DNA of 64,000 nt from the NCBI GenBank assembly GCA_965219095.1, contig CBDCMT010000001.1, positions 192,001 through 256,000 of the forward strand. The letters run 5' to 3'. This document shows positions 12,801 through 23,895 of the stretch, piece by piece. The stretch comes from Bdellovibrionales bacterium (lineage in GTDB: Bacteria; Bdellovibrionota; Bdellovibrionia; Bdellovibrionales; UBA1609). A program made the position numbers and the translations under genes. Below the pieces are notes generated by a model. That model saw only the letters and a list, made by a program, of their open reading frames with translations, made no database searches and had not been told where the DNA came from. Each line of letters starts with the position of its first letter. Positions within the stretch are counted from its first letter, which is position 1.

Positions 12801-12955
12801 AAACTGATGAACGTGTAAGAAAATACGCTGTCTCCTACGGCATACCCTATGTTTCAACTTACGAAGGAGCCTATCATATCATTAAAGCTTATGAAAAAAA
12901 ATATCATGAAAAATGCTATCCTCAAAGTTTACAGGAACTTTATCGTATAAAATAA
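9836..12955 (+). CDS. carB: Carbamoyl-phosphate synthase large subunit
   Basis: MPKR start, [22 protein letters not shown], second ATP-grasp EVNPRASRT; overlaps carA by 8 bp. Confidence 0.98.
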   Translation: MPKRNDISKVMVLGAGPISIGQACEFDYSGTQALKALKEEGLKTVLVNSNPATIMTDPFFSDETFIQPLTLNYLEKIIEVTRPDAILPTVGGQTALNCTLELHKNKVLEKYQVEILGASPEAIEKAENRELFKQAMKKINLPFPHSRVVQSLKEAKNWLREVNLPLIIRPSFTLGGAGGGVAYTSKEFFMIVEQGLKLSANHEVLIDESLLGWKEFEMEVVCDKNNNGIIVCSIENIDPMGVHTGDSITVAPALTLRDKQYQFLRNKSLDVLREIGVTTGGANVQFAIHPRTGRCLIIEMNPRVSRSSALASKATGFPIAKVATKLALGYTLDEIQNDITHITPASFEPTIDYIVTKIPRFHFEKFYKTHESEPTLSTSMKSVGEVMAIGRSFLESLQKGLCSLETGLAGFNEVVLKDIKQLKVLTPYKILYIAQAIREHYSLDIIAELSHIDPWFIREIKKVVEMERRIKSEGLPKTSYELREFKKMGFSDERLAQLSSTTEKKLFQLRQDLNIHPVLKTVDTCAGEFSSHTSYLYSCYESDSKSDLVCEAVIHDRKKVIILGSGPNRIGQGIEFDYTCVHACFTLRMMGIEAIMINCNPETVSTDYDTSDKLYFEPLKAENILAIIDKEKKRGEFLGVIIQCGGQTPINLAHTLKEAQVPLLGTDLKSISLTEDREEFKKVIQILKLKQPRSEICYELSELYKVAEKVGYPVLIRPSYVLGGEAMSILKSPQDLSLYLSRNRNVFLKKVSLLVDSFLENAIELDVDALCDGESVFIAGISEHIERAGVHSGDSACSLPVFSIPEHIVSKVKEQTKKIALFLNIKGFMNIQFALQKDEIFLLEVNPRASRTIPFLEKATGIPLSVLATKIMLGDKIKTFSEKEKEFFSFYSVKEAKFSFERFKNIDPLLSPEMKSIGEVMGIGSSFHLAYNKALQSVNQNIPENCKKVYVSQKAPLELQTKYKQLFQITSSYKDVKSVSFVVACEEDKTDERVRKYAVSYGIPYVSTYEGAYHIIKAYEKKYHEKCYPQSLQELYRIK

Positions 12956-13139
12956 ACAATTGGCTGTATTGGTAAAGTGTAGACGTCTATCAAAAAGAAT
13001 GTCAAGAAAAAACACTTCTCCATTTACAAAAAATATAAAAAATTTTTTTGTAAATGGTCACAAATGTTGTAACTGTTCAGAAAAATTCTAGTAAATTGTT
13101 GAAATTTCACTAAAAGCTCGTATGCCTATATGTTATATG

Positions 13140-13285
13140 ATGTTTTTTGTTTAGATTTTCAGATTTTTTGAGTTAGAGTCTAGTTTTTATTCAAAAGTAT
13201 TGATAAATCGTCATTTGTTTTAAAAAATAGTTTCATATGATAATTCTTCCTTTAGATTCTGAAAACTTAAAAGGAAAGGAGTGTA
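13140..13285 (+). mobile_element. Degenerate internally deleted IS630 remnant
   Basis: Resembles the IS630 left end (...GTCTAGTTTTTATTC...AATAGTTTCATATG, cf. 33981-34074) fused to a right-end-like CTGAAAACTTAAAAGGAA. Confidence 0.55.
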
Positions 13286-14426
13286 TATAGTGCTTCCGTT
13301 TAGGTTTTCAGTTTCCTAAGATAGAGAAGTTATCAGTTATCAAAGTTTCTAATTTAGATCTGTGTTTTCGTATTCCTCTAAAAAATTGACTTAAACTTCC
13401 CTTGAAATCGTCATAGTTTTCATAATATCGATTCGCCGTGACCTCTTTTTTCATAAACTTCCAAAGCCTTTCTATAGGATTTAAATTCGGTGAGTACGGA
13501 GGAAGATAAACAAGTTTTATATTCAACTCTTTCGCTAACTTCTTGACAGACTTCGATCTATTGTATCCGGCCCCATCTAAGATAAGATGAATCTCTTTTT
13601 CATCGGAATACTTCTTAATGAATATGATAGAGCATATCACATAGAAAAACTTCGTTAACTGTCTTATAACTCCTGACTACCGTCTTCAAACTATTGATCT
13701 CAATAGCTCCACAAACATTCACTCTTTTTCTCCAGCCTGAATTGGTCTTCACTTCAAACTTCTTACCCTCTCTTATCCAACCATATGAAATCGTAGGGCC
13801 CCACTCAGGATGTGTGAAATCAGCAAAGTAAACAGGACCGTCTTTCTTCTTAATTCTCTTGTATTTACGCACAAACTTTTTCTGCTCTTCTTTCTTTACC
13901 TTACCTGGTATCGCTGTGGCTTTTTTATAAGAAAAACCAAGGCGATGGAGAAGATCAATTACACCACTTGTTAAAGTACGTAACACCAAAATTCTCCTCA
14001 ATGAACTGAATAACGGTCTGTGATGATGGAAAAATTCTTTTCTCTAATTCCTTTAAAAGCATTTTCTCCTCTTTCTTAGTTAAAAAGGACCTTTTAGGTT
14101 GTAATTGTCGTTGATTAAGCACTCTATCCCGCCTTTGTTATAACGATCTCTACAGGCTCTTATCGTGCCCTCATCAATGAAAAGAAAACGGGAAATATCT
14201 TTACACAACTCACCTTTATCTAAATGGAGAATTGTCATAATCCTTTTTCCGTACCTAAGATTTCTTTCTAAAGATAGTTCATAGAGTAAATCTTTTCGCT
14301 CTTTTTTTGATAGAAACCCTGACATATGAAACTATTTTTAAAAATAAATGACTTTTTATCAAGGCCTTAGAATAAAAACTAGACCTCAACTCAAAAAAAA
14401 CGGAAAACCTAAGCGGAAGGAGTATA
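13286..14426 (-). pseudogene. IS630-family element (TA target type) with frameshifted transposase
   Basis: Same IRs as 15142-16281; ORF broken into 14080-14325, 13615-14001 and 13308-13640. Confidence 0.92.
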
Positions 14427-14652
14427 TAGCGAATACGCTTAGATTCTCCGGTCGATTCTCTAGAGAAAAAAACTGAAAACCTAAACGGAAACACTATACG
14501 AAAACAATAGCTTGGTTTTTAGAGAAATTTAAAGAAAACAGTCAATATCTTTACTTTATATACCTAACTGATCTTTCAATTTAAAAAAGGTCTTTCTAGG
14601 AACCTTCAGGATTCTTGTTTTTTCATTCCGCACCTTTTCTTCTCTTTCTTTA

Positions 14653-14788
14653 AGATTTTAATGTAATACAGCAAATAAAATGAATGTTTTTGAGTTCAAT
14701 CACCAGAGGTGATAGAGGCCAGTAAGGCCTCAAAGAACTCAAAAATACAAGACAGGATGTCTTCTCTTGCTTTGATTAATATGAGCTC
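14653..14788 (-). mobile_element. ISL3 5'-region remnant
   Basis: Diverged reverse complement of ~6713-6860. Confidence 0.7.
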
Positions 14789-15141
14789 CTGACTTCGACA
14801 AGATGTGAAAAAGACTCTCGAAAAATGGGCTTTTACAGAGTAGTGGAAAACGTTGAAGTCGGACCCATTCTTAAAAAGAAGTTCTCTTTTCTCCTTTTTG
14901 AAAGGTAAAAATTACATCACTATGAAAAATTTATACAGTTTTTATAGTTTTAAAAAATAGTTTGTGTTTTTAACTTCTTTATGATAGACTCATTTTAATG
15001 ATTATGAAAACAAGGCCAGACTGGAAGTCTATAACGTTTAAAGGAGTAGGTGACAATTTTTGTCACCTTTTGAATTTTTTTCAAAGTCTTAGAGGCTCAG
15101 CTTTAAATAATAAGGAGTTAAGCTTGGAATAGTTTTTGCTA

Positions 15142-16281
15142 TATAGTGCTTCCGTTTAGGTTTTCAGGTTCCTAAGATGGAGAAGTTATCAGTTATCAAA
15201 GTTTCTAATTTAGATCTGTGTTTTCGTATTCCTCTAAAAAATTGACTTAAACTTCCCTTGAAATCGTCATAGTTTTCATAATATCGATTCGCCGTGACCT
15301 CTTTTTTCATAAACTTCCAAAGTCTTTCTATAGGATTTAAATTCGGTGAGTACGGAGGAAGATAAACAAGTTTTATATTCAACTCTTTCGCTAACTTCTT
15401 GACAGACTTCGATCTATTGTATCCGGCCCCATCTAAGATAAGATGAATCTCTTTTTCATCGGGATGCTTCTTGCGAATATGATGGAGCATATCACATATG
15501 GAAACATGGTTAACTGTCTTATAACTCCTGACTACCGTCTTCAAACTATTGATCTCAATAGCTCCACAAACATTCACTCTTTTTCTCCAGCCTGAATTGG
15601 TCTTCACTTCAAACTTCTTACCCTCTCTTATCCAACCATATGAAATCGTAGGGCCCCACTCAGGATGTGTGGAATCAGCAAAGTAAACAGGACCGTCTTT
15701 CTTCTTAATTCTCTTGTATTTACGCACAAACTTTTTCTGCTCTTCTCTCTTTGCCTTACCCGGTATCGCTGTGGCTTTTTTATAAGAAAAACCAAGGCGA
15801 TGGAGAAGATCAATCGCACCACTTGTTGAGTACGTAACACCAAAATTCTCCTCAATGAACTGAATAACAGACTGTGATGACGGAAAAATTCTTTTTTCTA
15901 ACTCCTTTAAAAGCATTTTCTCCTCTTTCTTAGTTAAAAAGGACCTTTTAGGGTTGTAATTGTCGTTGATTAAGCACTCTATCCCGCCTTTGTTATAACG
16001 ATCTCTACAGGCTCTTATCGTGCCCTCATCAATGAAAAGAAAACGGGAAATATCTTTACACAACTCACCTTTATCTAAATGGAGAATTGTCATAATCCTT
16101 TTTCCGTACCTAAGATTTCTTTCTAAAGATAGTTCATAGAGTAAATCTTTTCGCTCTTTTTTTGATAGAAACCCTGACATATGAAACTATTTTTAAAAAT
16201 AAATGACTTTTTATCAAGGCCTTAGAATAAAAACTAGACCTCAACTCAAAAAAAACGGAAAACCTAAGCGGAAGCACTATA
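15142..16281 (-). mobile_element. IS630-family element (TA target type), intact
   Basis: IR TAGTGCTTCCGTTTAGGTTTTC / GAAAACCTAAGCGGAAGCACTA, flanked by TA. Confidence 0.93.
15164..16180 (-). CDS. IS630-family transposase (338 aa)
   Basis: YFADS, ILDGAGYN, LPPYSPNLNPIERLW motifs. Confidence 0.95.
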   Translation of the reverse strand: MSGFLSKKERKDLLYELSLERNLRYGKRIMTILHLDKGELCKDISRFLFIDEGTIRACRDRYNKGGIECLINDNYNPKRSFLTKKEEKMLLKELEKRIFPSSQSVIQFIEENFGVTYSTSGAIDLLHRLGFSYKKATAIPGKAKREEQKKFVRKYKRIKKKDGPVYFADSTHPEWGPTISYGWIREGKKFEVKTNSGWRKRVNVCGAIEINSLKTVVRSYKTVNHVSICDMLHHIRKKHPDEKEIHLILDGAGYNRSKSVKKLAKELNIKLVYLPPYSPNLNPIERLWKFMKKEVTANRYYENYDDFKGSLSQFFRGIRKHRSKLETLITDNFSILGT

Positions 16282-16366
16282 TATAATTTTAGAAAGGTTA
16301 AAAGTCCTACCTAACAATATAAGAAAATAGGCCTTAAAAACAAAAAAATAGAAAGGAGAAATAAAA

Positions 16367-17089
16367 ATGAAAATAAATAGTAAAATGATCGTCATAATAA
16401 GTCTCAGTCTTTTCATATCATCTTTTGTTAAGGCTCAAAATATGTCTGATGAAAATATGTCTGATGAAATTTATAAAGCCTTAGAACAGAATATGGAACA
16501 GGCTATAGCTAAGCAAGAGGCCATTAAATACTTTATCGCAACCCACAAGGTAGTTTCTATTACTGTAGAGAATGAAGCAGGGGAGTCTTGTGAGATCCCC
16601 TCTGATGATATAGGAAAGTACACTCCCTATTTTTTAAATCCAAGCTTTTCAAGTAAGTCCTTATTTGATTTGGAAAAATGCGGAGATCAAGAGTTAGCTG
16701 AGGCAGAACTCATATCTAAAACAGCAAGTTTACATACAGCTGGTGGAGTACAAGTCGCAGTTGCTCCTGTTGTTGGTGCTGCTGTTGTGAGTACTTATCT
16801 TGCTGCTACTGTAGGATCAGCAATAGGTTGTTCAATTGGTGTTATGCAAACAATAGATAATCCTAATAAGAGTGGTACCGATGTGGCAGTGAGAGGAGGT
16901 GTGGTGACTGGTGTTAGTGCGTTAACGGGAACAGTAGCAATAGGACCCGCAATAGCAGGGAGGTATTTAGCTGCAGCAACAATAGGAGGTTATGTAGCGA
17001 CTACAGCAGCAGTGATAACGGGAGCAATATCTGCAGTGGTTTGTAATAAAGTAACTTTATTTTTTTCAAAAAGTTTCAAAAAGAATTAA
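16367..17089 (+). CDS. Secreted hypothetical protein with Gly/Ala-rich hydrophobic C-terminal half
   Basis: RBS AAAGGAG, signal peptide ending VKA, acidic N-terminal half, GxxxG/AxxxG-rich C-terminal half. Confidence 0.75.
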   Translation: MKINSKMIVIISLSLFISSFVKAQNMSDENMSDEIYKALEQNMEQAIAKQEAIKYFIATHKVVSITVENEAGESCEIPSDDIGKYTPYFLNPSFSSKSLFDLEKCGDQELAEAELISKTASLHTAGGVQVAVAPVVGAAVVSTYLAATVGSAIGCSIGVMQTIDNPNKSGTDVAVRGGVVTGVSALTGTVAIGPAIAGRYLAAATIGGYVATTAAVITGAISAVVCNKVTLFFSKSFKKN

Positions 17090-17134
17090 AAATTAAAAGA
17101 ACTCTTATTTAAAAACAAGAGTTCTTTTAATTTT

Positions 17135-17464
17135 GGCTCCTCCCGGGAACCCACAGATTCTGGCAGTTTTCCAAGGTTATGATATAAGGCGATTTTTATA
17201 GCTTTAGAGGTTCTAAAGCCGTAAGATTTTCTCATAGTGAGTTTTACTTTGTTGTTTAAACCCTCTACAATCCCTGAGGAGAAGGCTTTTTTAGCCTTGA
17301 AGTAATTAAGAATAAGTGGCTTATGTTTTCGTATTGTTTTTGCTTCTCTTTTCATAGGCTCAATTTTTGAAAGCATGACTCGTCTCGTCCAACTGTCTAT
17401 AAATTTACCAGCCCAAGTTGGTGAAACATAGATCCATAACTGTCGGAAGTCTTCTTTTAAAAAA
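17135..17464 (-). mobile_element. ISL3 3' fragment with a variant right end
   Basis: Reverse complement of ~7844-8150, but terminates ...GAATCTGTGGGTTCCCGGGAGGAGCC. Confidence 0.85.
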
Positions 17465-17852
17465 GCCTCATTAAAAGATTCACATACTCATTTTCTCGAA
17501 CCAAAGTTATGAATTTAAGAAGTTGGTATGTAAAAGCTTTGGAATAAAAACAGCAGTTGATTTCTCATGGAAAGATGCATTAAGTCGTAGAGTTTTCTAA
17601 AAATGATTTTTTTCTTAGCTCACAGGCCTTTAGTTTTACAGTTCATTTCAATATTGAGTAGTTTAGAACGACGCATAATTCCCTCTATCTTTGAGCGAAT
17701 TTAGAAAAAAGTATAGAGTTTGTTCTTTCTTGTATCCAAAGTTTTTAGGATTAAAGAGTTTGCTTAAAAGATATTTTTTTTGTAATGTAATATATAGTAT
17801 TGTGGTCTTTTTAAAAACTATTATCTTGTTTTAAAAAAGGGGTATTTTTAAA

Positions 17853-19220
17853 GTGTTGTTTCGTTTTATCGGTTTTGGTTTGAGTATCTTTGGTCTTCTT
17901 TTTTTATGTGGATTTTTCTTTGAGACTCAATATGAAGCAAAGCCTAAATCCTTTATAGAAACCTCTGGTCTTTATTTCATTCGCTCCGAAACATCTTACT
18001 TTAAATCTCGTGATTATCCTGCTCGGTATCTCTTTTTTAAGCCTCATTATTTTTATGAGGGAAGAAAATATTTTATAAACACAGGTCTTTTTCTCGTTCC
18101 TAAAGTAGGTGCTTACTTATATATAAAAGACTTTTACTACAAAATAAAGGGAAAGAAGCTTGTTTTTGGAGCTAAAAATTTAAAATGGTTTAAAGCAGAG
18201 AGTCTTTGGCATGATGGTTATTGGTCAGCGGTTTTTGCCTATGATCCTCTTCAAGGTGTTGTAGAGCAAGGCCCTATTGGTTTTATAGGGGAAAAAGGGG
18301 ATTTTAAGTTTTTTTTACAAACAAGCTCTAATTTTGAAATTAGAAATTCTGTAACTCTAGACAAAGGTTTACTTATCAGTAAAACTCCTTGGGCATCTCT
18401 TCCTCATGAAGAAATTGAGCTTTCTGGTATAACTAGAAAGATAAAATATAAACTGAATTTTCCTACATTAAAGAACTTGCTGTGGACTCCTGGCATAGGT
18501 CTTTTATGGGCGAAAACTTTTTATAAAAGCCAACATAACACAGCTTTGAAAACTTCTTGGAGTATAGGTTATGCTTTTAAGCCTTCTTTTTCTTTTTTGT
18601 TGAAAGGGGCTTTTAGTTTGCCTGTAAACGAAGACCCTGTAGAGGTGGAAATTAATCCCAATGCTTTCTTCCATCATTTATTATCATTTGAAGTTAATAA
18701 GGAGAAAAGAAGGCTTAGCTTGTCTCAAAACTTCACTTATGACTACCCACTTCTAAAATCTTATGAACTCACAAAGTATATTTTACAAAAAAGACCTCCT
18801 GCTTTTCTATCAACCTCTTATATAGGCTATAAGGTTTCCCCTAACCTACAGTTTTTCTCAAGTTATAGGTATGTCTATCAAAAGTTTGATACGGAAAATT
18901 CGATCAGTAAAAAAGAATTTTTCTCATCACCTTTTCTTTTTTTTAACGCAGTTAGTCTAGGATTAAGAGTACAGCTTTATTTAAGAGAAATAGAGAGTGA
19001 CAGCACCTTAAAACTTGTGTATGACTTAGAGCAAAAAGGTGGTATTGTGAGTTGGAAAGTTGATTTTCATTTAAATGAAAGCCTAAAAGCTTTCTTCTTA
19101 TTAGAATTTATAGGTTTAGTGGGTGGTGATATTGAAAAACAAATAAACAATAGAAAGCATTTTTTACGTGATGTGAGAGCTAATGATCGCATACAAGGAG
19201 GATTTCATTATGTTTTTTAA
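17853..19220 (+). CDS. Hypothetical protein, probable outer-membrane beta-barrel
   Basis: Hydrophobic N-terminus, aromatic-rich alternating strands, C-terminal GFHYVF. Confidence 0.65.
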   Translation: MLFRFIGFGLSIFGLLFLCGFFFETQYEAKPKSFIETSGLYFIRSETSYFKSRDYPARYLFFKPHYFYEGRKYFINTGLFLVPKVGAYLYIKDFYYKIKGKKLVFGAKNLKWFKAESLWHDGYWSAVFAYDPLQGVVEQGPIGFIGEKGDFKFFLQTSSNFEIRNSVTLDKGLLISKTPWASLPHEEIELSGITRKIKYKLNFPTLKNLLWTPGIGLLWAKTFYKSQHNTALKTSWSIGYAFKPSFSFLLKGAFSLPVNEDPVEVEINPNAFFHHLLSFEVNKEKRRLSLSQNFTYDYPLLKSYELTKYILQKRPPAFLSTSYIGYKVSPNLQFFSSYRYVYQKFDTENSISKKEFFSSPFLFFNAVSLGLRVQLYLREIESDSTLKLVYDLEQKGGIVSWKVDFHLNESLKAFFLLEFIGLVGGDIEKQINNRKHFLRDVRANDRIQGGFHYVF

Positions 19221-21747
19221 AAAGATGATTTTGTTGTCCCTTCTTTTGTTTCTCTCAGCCTGTAGCCATGAAGACAAAATTTATAGGAAGACTTTGAATT
19301 TATCAGAGGAGGTGGGAGTTTTTACATGTTTGAAAAACACGCCTCGTTACGTTCTTGAGTATATTGAAAGTAAAGGAGATAAAAAGAAAGCAGAAAACCT
19401 TGATAAAGCTTTCGACTGTATTATATCTACGAATTACATCATCATCAGACATATTAGAGGCAGTCAAAAAGAACAGATAGATCAGTTTCATCGAGAAGAG
19501 TTTCGTCTTTTTGTTAATCGAATTTTCTTTAAAGGTATGAAAGTAAACCCTATTTCAGAAGAGCTTTTTCGTTCTCTTATGTCCCTTAAAGTATTCTTTG
19601 TAGGGGGAAGTGTTGATATCCTTACGAAGGATGAACTTTTTCAGCTCAATTATCTTACTACTTTCTTAAAACAACAAGTCCAAATTTTAACTTCTTACAT
19701 GAAACTCTACCTCTCTGATTGTGCAAAAACTTCCTGTCATTTTGAAAAAGCATTCTTGAAAGAATCGCTTCAAGCTATCTTAACAGTAGCACTTAACTTT
19801 AGGGATAGGTTTCAAGACCATGATGTAAATTTAGATTTAAGTGAAATCAATTTATTTTTTATCCATCTTCAAAAAAATTACGGTGGAAATTTTGAAGGGC
19901 TTTTTAAATTGTTCCCCACTTTCATTTCTATCAAAGCTATTCTTTTAGCCCATAAAGGGCCTGTTATTAAAATTGAACAACTACCCCTTTTCTGGAACAT
20001 TTTATTTTCTGTTTTGTCAACCTCTGTGGAATATAATTTCAATCATCAATTTACTGAAAAAGGTTTGCCTTTTGACCCTATCTATTTACTTAAAAAAAAG
20101 GGTTTTTATAACGAAAGGGTTCATCTTTTAGTAGAGAAAGTTTTTTCCCTTATTAAAGAAGCTCGTTTTAGACATAAGAATGAAATGATCCCACATAAAT
20201 ATTTTGAAGATTTTATTGACTCTTTTTTTCAGCACTCCTCTTCTTCTTACCACTTTTCAGAAAGAAAAGTTTCTGATATAAGCACACTTCTTCGAAAAAC
20301 CTATAGGAATTTTGTGGATATTTTACTTCACCCTGAAAAGCCCTCTACAAAAGAAGCACTTGACAAAGAGGCTTTAGATTACTTGTATAAAGAGTACTTA
20401 GAGTTTTATAATTTCTATAAATATACAAAAAATAATTTTAACGACTTGTGTCTTATGCCTGAAGGCATTCAATCTTCCTATGATCATGTTATTCAGTGTA
20501 AAGTTAAACTTTTAAAAGATACAATAGGACGTTTTTATTTAACTCAAGATAGACGAGTGCAGTACAATTTAGATAGTCTCAACGATTTAAATCTATACAG
20601 GGCCATGATTCGTTTCATTTTAAGAGTTTATTCTAAAGATAAAGATTTTGACATGGAAGAAAAAAGGCTAGAGATTGAAAGTTTAAAAGAATTTGTTTTT
20701 GACTTTAAGGATTTTTTAAAGTTTTTAGGTTTTGTAAACCTCTCTGATAGAGACAATCTAGACACTCCAGTCTCTTACATTTATAATATATCGAATCTAT
20801 TTCTTTCTACTGGTAATGGCGATCATTTTTTACAGTTTTCAGAGGGCGTAAATCTTTTTCATTATTTTTTAGGTCTAAAAAATATGACTAACTATTTTTT
20901 TGTGCAAGCTTTAGAAACTTGTGGCAACTTAGAAGAAAAAACTATTACTATAAATTGTTTTGTAGAGGCCTTTAAGAGATATTATCAGAAATTTATTGAT
21001 AATCTCCCAAATATGTTAGCTTATTATATACAACTTGATGAACTTTTCTTTACATCAACAAATGCACCTTTAGATAGAATGAAGTTTTATAATGACAGCA
21101 TGATGCTAAATCCTATTTCAGGAAATTTTAATAACGATTATTTTCATAAAGAAGAATCGATTACATTTAATTATGAGCAGAATGATAATGGAGAGTGGTG
21201 TGGTCCTTTTGAGGTAGTAGGTGTAGAGAACCAGTTAAGCTGTCATGATTTTGATAGACAAGATTGTTATGCTTTTTGCAATGCCATTTTAAAAGTTATA
21301 GAAGCTGAAAGATTTTCTGAAAATAAGAGTGAAGATAAGATTGTTACCCAGAGGAAAATAAAAGAACAATTTATAGTTTATCTTTCTGATCTTATTAAGA
21401 GATCTAAAAGAGGTAAAAATATAAAAGCAGAACATTTAAATGATGCTTTCTCCTATATATTTCTTGTTGAAGTGTTTTTAGGTGTTTATGATAAAAATAA
21501 AGATGGTGTGATTGATAAAGAAGAGGCCTTTAAGGCTTATCCTAAATTTAAGAAAAATATTAAAAGTTTTTTACCTAGGTTTATGAGAAGTGACAGTCTG
21601 GCAAAATATGTTTTTATCTATATTCTTGATAAGGGAACTCGACCTAGCCCTATAAAAATTTTTTTCATGTGGCTGGGACTTTATCGTAACTCGAGTAATA
21701 TTCAAGCTGATCGGTTGCAACTTATTAAAGCACTATCTTCTTTTTGA
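19210..21747 (+). CDS. Large hypothetical lipoprotein with EF-hand-like loop
   Basis: Lipobox LSAC after MFFKKMILL...; DKNKDGVIDKEE near the C-terminus; overlaps the upstream gene. Confidence 0.75.
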   Translation: MFFKKMILLSLLLFLSACSHEDKIYRKTLNLSEEVGVFTCLKNTPRYVLEYIESKGDKKKAENLDKAFDCIISTNYIIIRHIRGSQKEQIDQFHREEFRLFVNRIFFKGMKVNPISEELFRSLMSLKVFFVGGSVDILTKDELFQLNYLTTFLKQQVQILTSYMKLYLSDCAKTSCHFEKAFLKESLQAILTVALNFRDRFQDHDVNLDLSEINLFFIHLQKNYGGNFEGLFKLFPTFISIKAILLAHKGPVIKIEQLPLFWNILFSVLSTSVEYNFNHQFTEKGLPFDPIYLLKKKGFYNERVHLLVEKVFSLIKEARFRHKNEMIPHKYFEDFIDSFFQHSSSSYHFSERKVSDISTLLRKTYRNFVDILLHPEKPSTKEALDKEALDYLYKEYLEFYNFYKYTKNNFNDLCLMPEGIQSSYDHVIQCKVKLLKDTIGRFYLTQDRRVQYNLDSLNDLNLYRAMIRFILRVYSKDKDFDMEEKRLEIESLKEFVFDFKDFLKFLGFVNLSDRDNLDTPVSYIYNISNLFLSTGNGDHFLQFSEGVNLFHYFLGLKNMTNYFFVQALETCGNLEEKTITINCFVEAFKRYYQKFIDNLPNMLAYYIQLDELFFTSTNAPLDRMKFYNDSMMLNPISGNFNNDYFHKEESITFNYEQNDNGEWCGPFEVVGVENQLSCHDFDRQDCYAFCNAILKVIEAERFSENKSEDKIVTQRKIKEQFIVYLSDLIKRSKRGKNIKAEHLNDAFSYIFLVEVFLGVYDKNKDGVIDKEEAFKAYPKFKKNIKSFLPRFMRSDSLAKYVFIYILDKGTRPSPIKIFFMWLGLYRNSSNIQADRLQLIKALSSF

Positions 21748-22234
21748 AAACGTGCAATATACAATATTTTTTGAAAAGATCTCAACTTTAGTTTATTTTC
21801 CTGTAGAAAAGTCAGAAACTTTTAAAACACAGATAAAAGGCTAGGAGGATTGATTAACTGTGGAGTATTTTTACAGAAAAATCTCCCTATTGACTCTTTT
21901 TATAGTATCAATTTTTTTTAGTTTCTGAAAATTTTTTTTACACTTTAAACTTTTTCTGTAAGGTTTTTTTACTGTTTTTCTTGCAGTTATTTCAGTAAGA
22001 ATTCGAAAAAAACAAATTATTTCAATAAGTTCTAACTTTTTTATGAACAACTAGTTTAAATACCTATGTCACACGTTATTAAAAAGAAAGTTAAAGTGAA
22101 AGAAACAGAAAATCAAAATTTTATTTTTAATTTCACAAAAACAATCTAAAATAACTTATAAAATAAAGATGAATCTATGACATAAGTCTAGAAAAAAATA
22201 TATTTTCTCCTTTAATAAGAAATGTATTCTATTT

Positions 22235-22274
22235 AAAAGGAGCTAATCAAGGGGTTCTTGATTAGCTCCTTTTT
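22235..22274. terminator. Perfect 17-bp hairpin with A/T tails (intrinsic, bidirectional type)
   Basis: AAAAGGAGCTAATCAAG-GGGTT-CTTGATTAGCTCCTTTT. Confidence 0.75.
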
Positions 22275-22350
22275 CTTATGATAGCCTTTTAAATAGATTA
22301 CATAGGTTGAGATCATAATTTTAACATTTAACAAAATAAAGGAGTCGCTT

Positions 22351-23895
22351 ATGCCATTTGTTAGTTTATCCAAAATTTTTTGCTTGGCCAACCAAAGGAA
22401 ATTTAATACATTTCTTAAAAATTCCTATATGGATTTTTCTGATTATAAAGAGAGAAAAAAGATGTGGTTTCAATACTTTCAAAAGACACCCTTTTGGGAA
22501 AAAAAGTTAGGTTTAGAAACGTATTTTGATGATCTTTCCATTACGAATTATGATTTTTACAAACAAGCCATAAACGAAAATCTACACAGTTCTTGTTCTC
22601 CGCTTACGGGGGAACCTCTTGTGTACTGGGCTAAAACTTCAGGCACAAGTGATAAGCCTAAATATTTTCCTTATAGTCAATCTTATGGTCGATCGTATTT
22701 AATTTCTTCCTCAGCTTATGTTTATTCCATTTTTGCTTCTCCTGAAGGACGTTTTATTAGTAAACTTGTTGTATTGAATGCACCTTCATCAAAGCAATTT
22801 ACGAAAGCAGGTATTCCTATGGGTTATGTCAGTGGTTATGCTAGAGAAGCCACATCTCCTATGATAGGAAAGCTGATTCAAGATGTTCCTACAAAAATTT
22901 ATCAAACAGAGACTTTGTTTAATCAATGGATTTACTACTTAGCTTTTCTTTCAAATCCTGATCTTATTATAGCTATTAGTCCTCATAAAATAGAAGAGGT
23001 TTTTAATATGATAAAGGATAATTTTGATCTTTATAAATACTATCTAAAAAATAATAAAATTATAAGCTCTCAATTTTCAGCAAAAGTATCTCGAAAGAGA
23101 GCCTCTTTTCTTTTAAACCTTTCTCAAGACGACTTAAATATTAATACATTATGGCCACGTCTTAAGGTTATATCTTGTTGGAAAAGTTCTATTTGTAAGT
23201 CTGTAGCTGAGAATTTACAAGAAAAGTTCCATGGTGTTGTCATTGATAACATGTATACCAGTACAGAAAGTCATATTGCTATTCCTCTCTGGAGCGAAGG
23301 TATGAAAAAAGGAGGAGTCTTAGATATGAATGATAAAATGATTGAATTCTGCCCTATTGATGTTTTGCCTGTAAAAGAGAATCTTATTTCTCCTTTTGAA
23401 CTTGAAGAGGGAAGATCGTATGAAGTCTTTGTAACAAATCTTATGGGCTTAGCACGTTATCGCCTTCATGATATTGTGGAATGTACAGGTTTTTACAACA
23501 ATCTTCCCATTCTATCTTTTAAGGAGAAAACATCTAATTACATTATTTTAGGAGAAAGTTATTATTCTCAACAAGAATTTTTAAGTGCAGTAAAATCTTT
23601 AAAAGTTCCTCTTCAAGAAATATTTTTATTTGCTCCAAACACTGATTACAAAGGTTTAGAGCTTTATTTAGGAGAAAAAGATTATAACAATCCTATTTTG
23701 AGAGATGAACTTAAAAAATTTGATGAGAAGTTTTCTAAATTATCAGATAGTTATAGAACTGATCTTTCACAAAATCTGATTAAACCCTTAGTGATAAGAA
23801 AAATAAATTCTAACATTCTTGGAATTATTCCTAACCATTTTCAATCAAAAATAAAGATTATGCATAATAAAAGTGTTTCGGAACTATGCTTATAA
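22351..23895 (+). CDS. GH3-family acyl-acid amido synthetase (adenylate-forming)
   Basis: P-loop KTSGTS-x-x-PK, Y-x-STE, YEVFVTN-x-x-GLARYRLHD motifs; RBS AAGGAG. Confidence 0.88.
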   Translation: MPFVSLSKIFCLANQRKFNTFLKNSYMDFSDYKERKKMWFQYFQKTPFWEKKLGLETYFDDLSITNYDFYKQAINENLHSSCSPLTGEPLVYWAKTSGTSDKPKYFPYSQSYGRSYLISSSAYVYSIFASPEGRFISKLVVLNAPSSKQFTKAGIPMGYVSGYAREATSPMIGKLIQDVPTKIYQTETLFNQWIYYLAFLSNPDLIIAISPHKIEEVFNMIKDNFDLYKYYLKNNKIISSQFSAKVSRKRASFLLNLSQDDLNINTLWPRLKVISCWKSSICKSVAENLQEKFHGVVIDNMYTSTESHIAIPLWSEGMKKGGVLDMNDKMIEFCPIDVLPVKENLISPFELEEGRSYEVFVTNLMGLARYRLHDIVECTGFYNNLPILSFKEKTSNYIILGESYYSQQEFLSAVKSLKVPLQEIFLFAPNTDYKGLELYLGEKDYNNPILRDELKKFDEKFSKLSDSYRTDLSQNLIKPLVIRKINSNILGIIPNHFQSKIKIMHNKSVSELCL

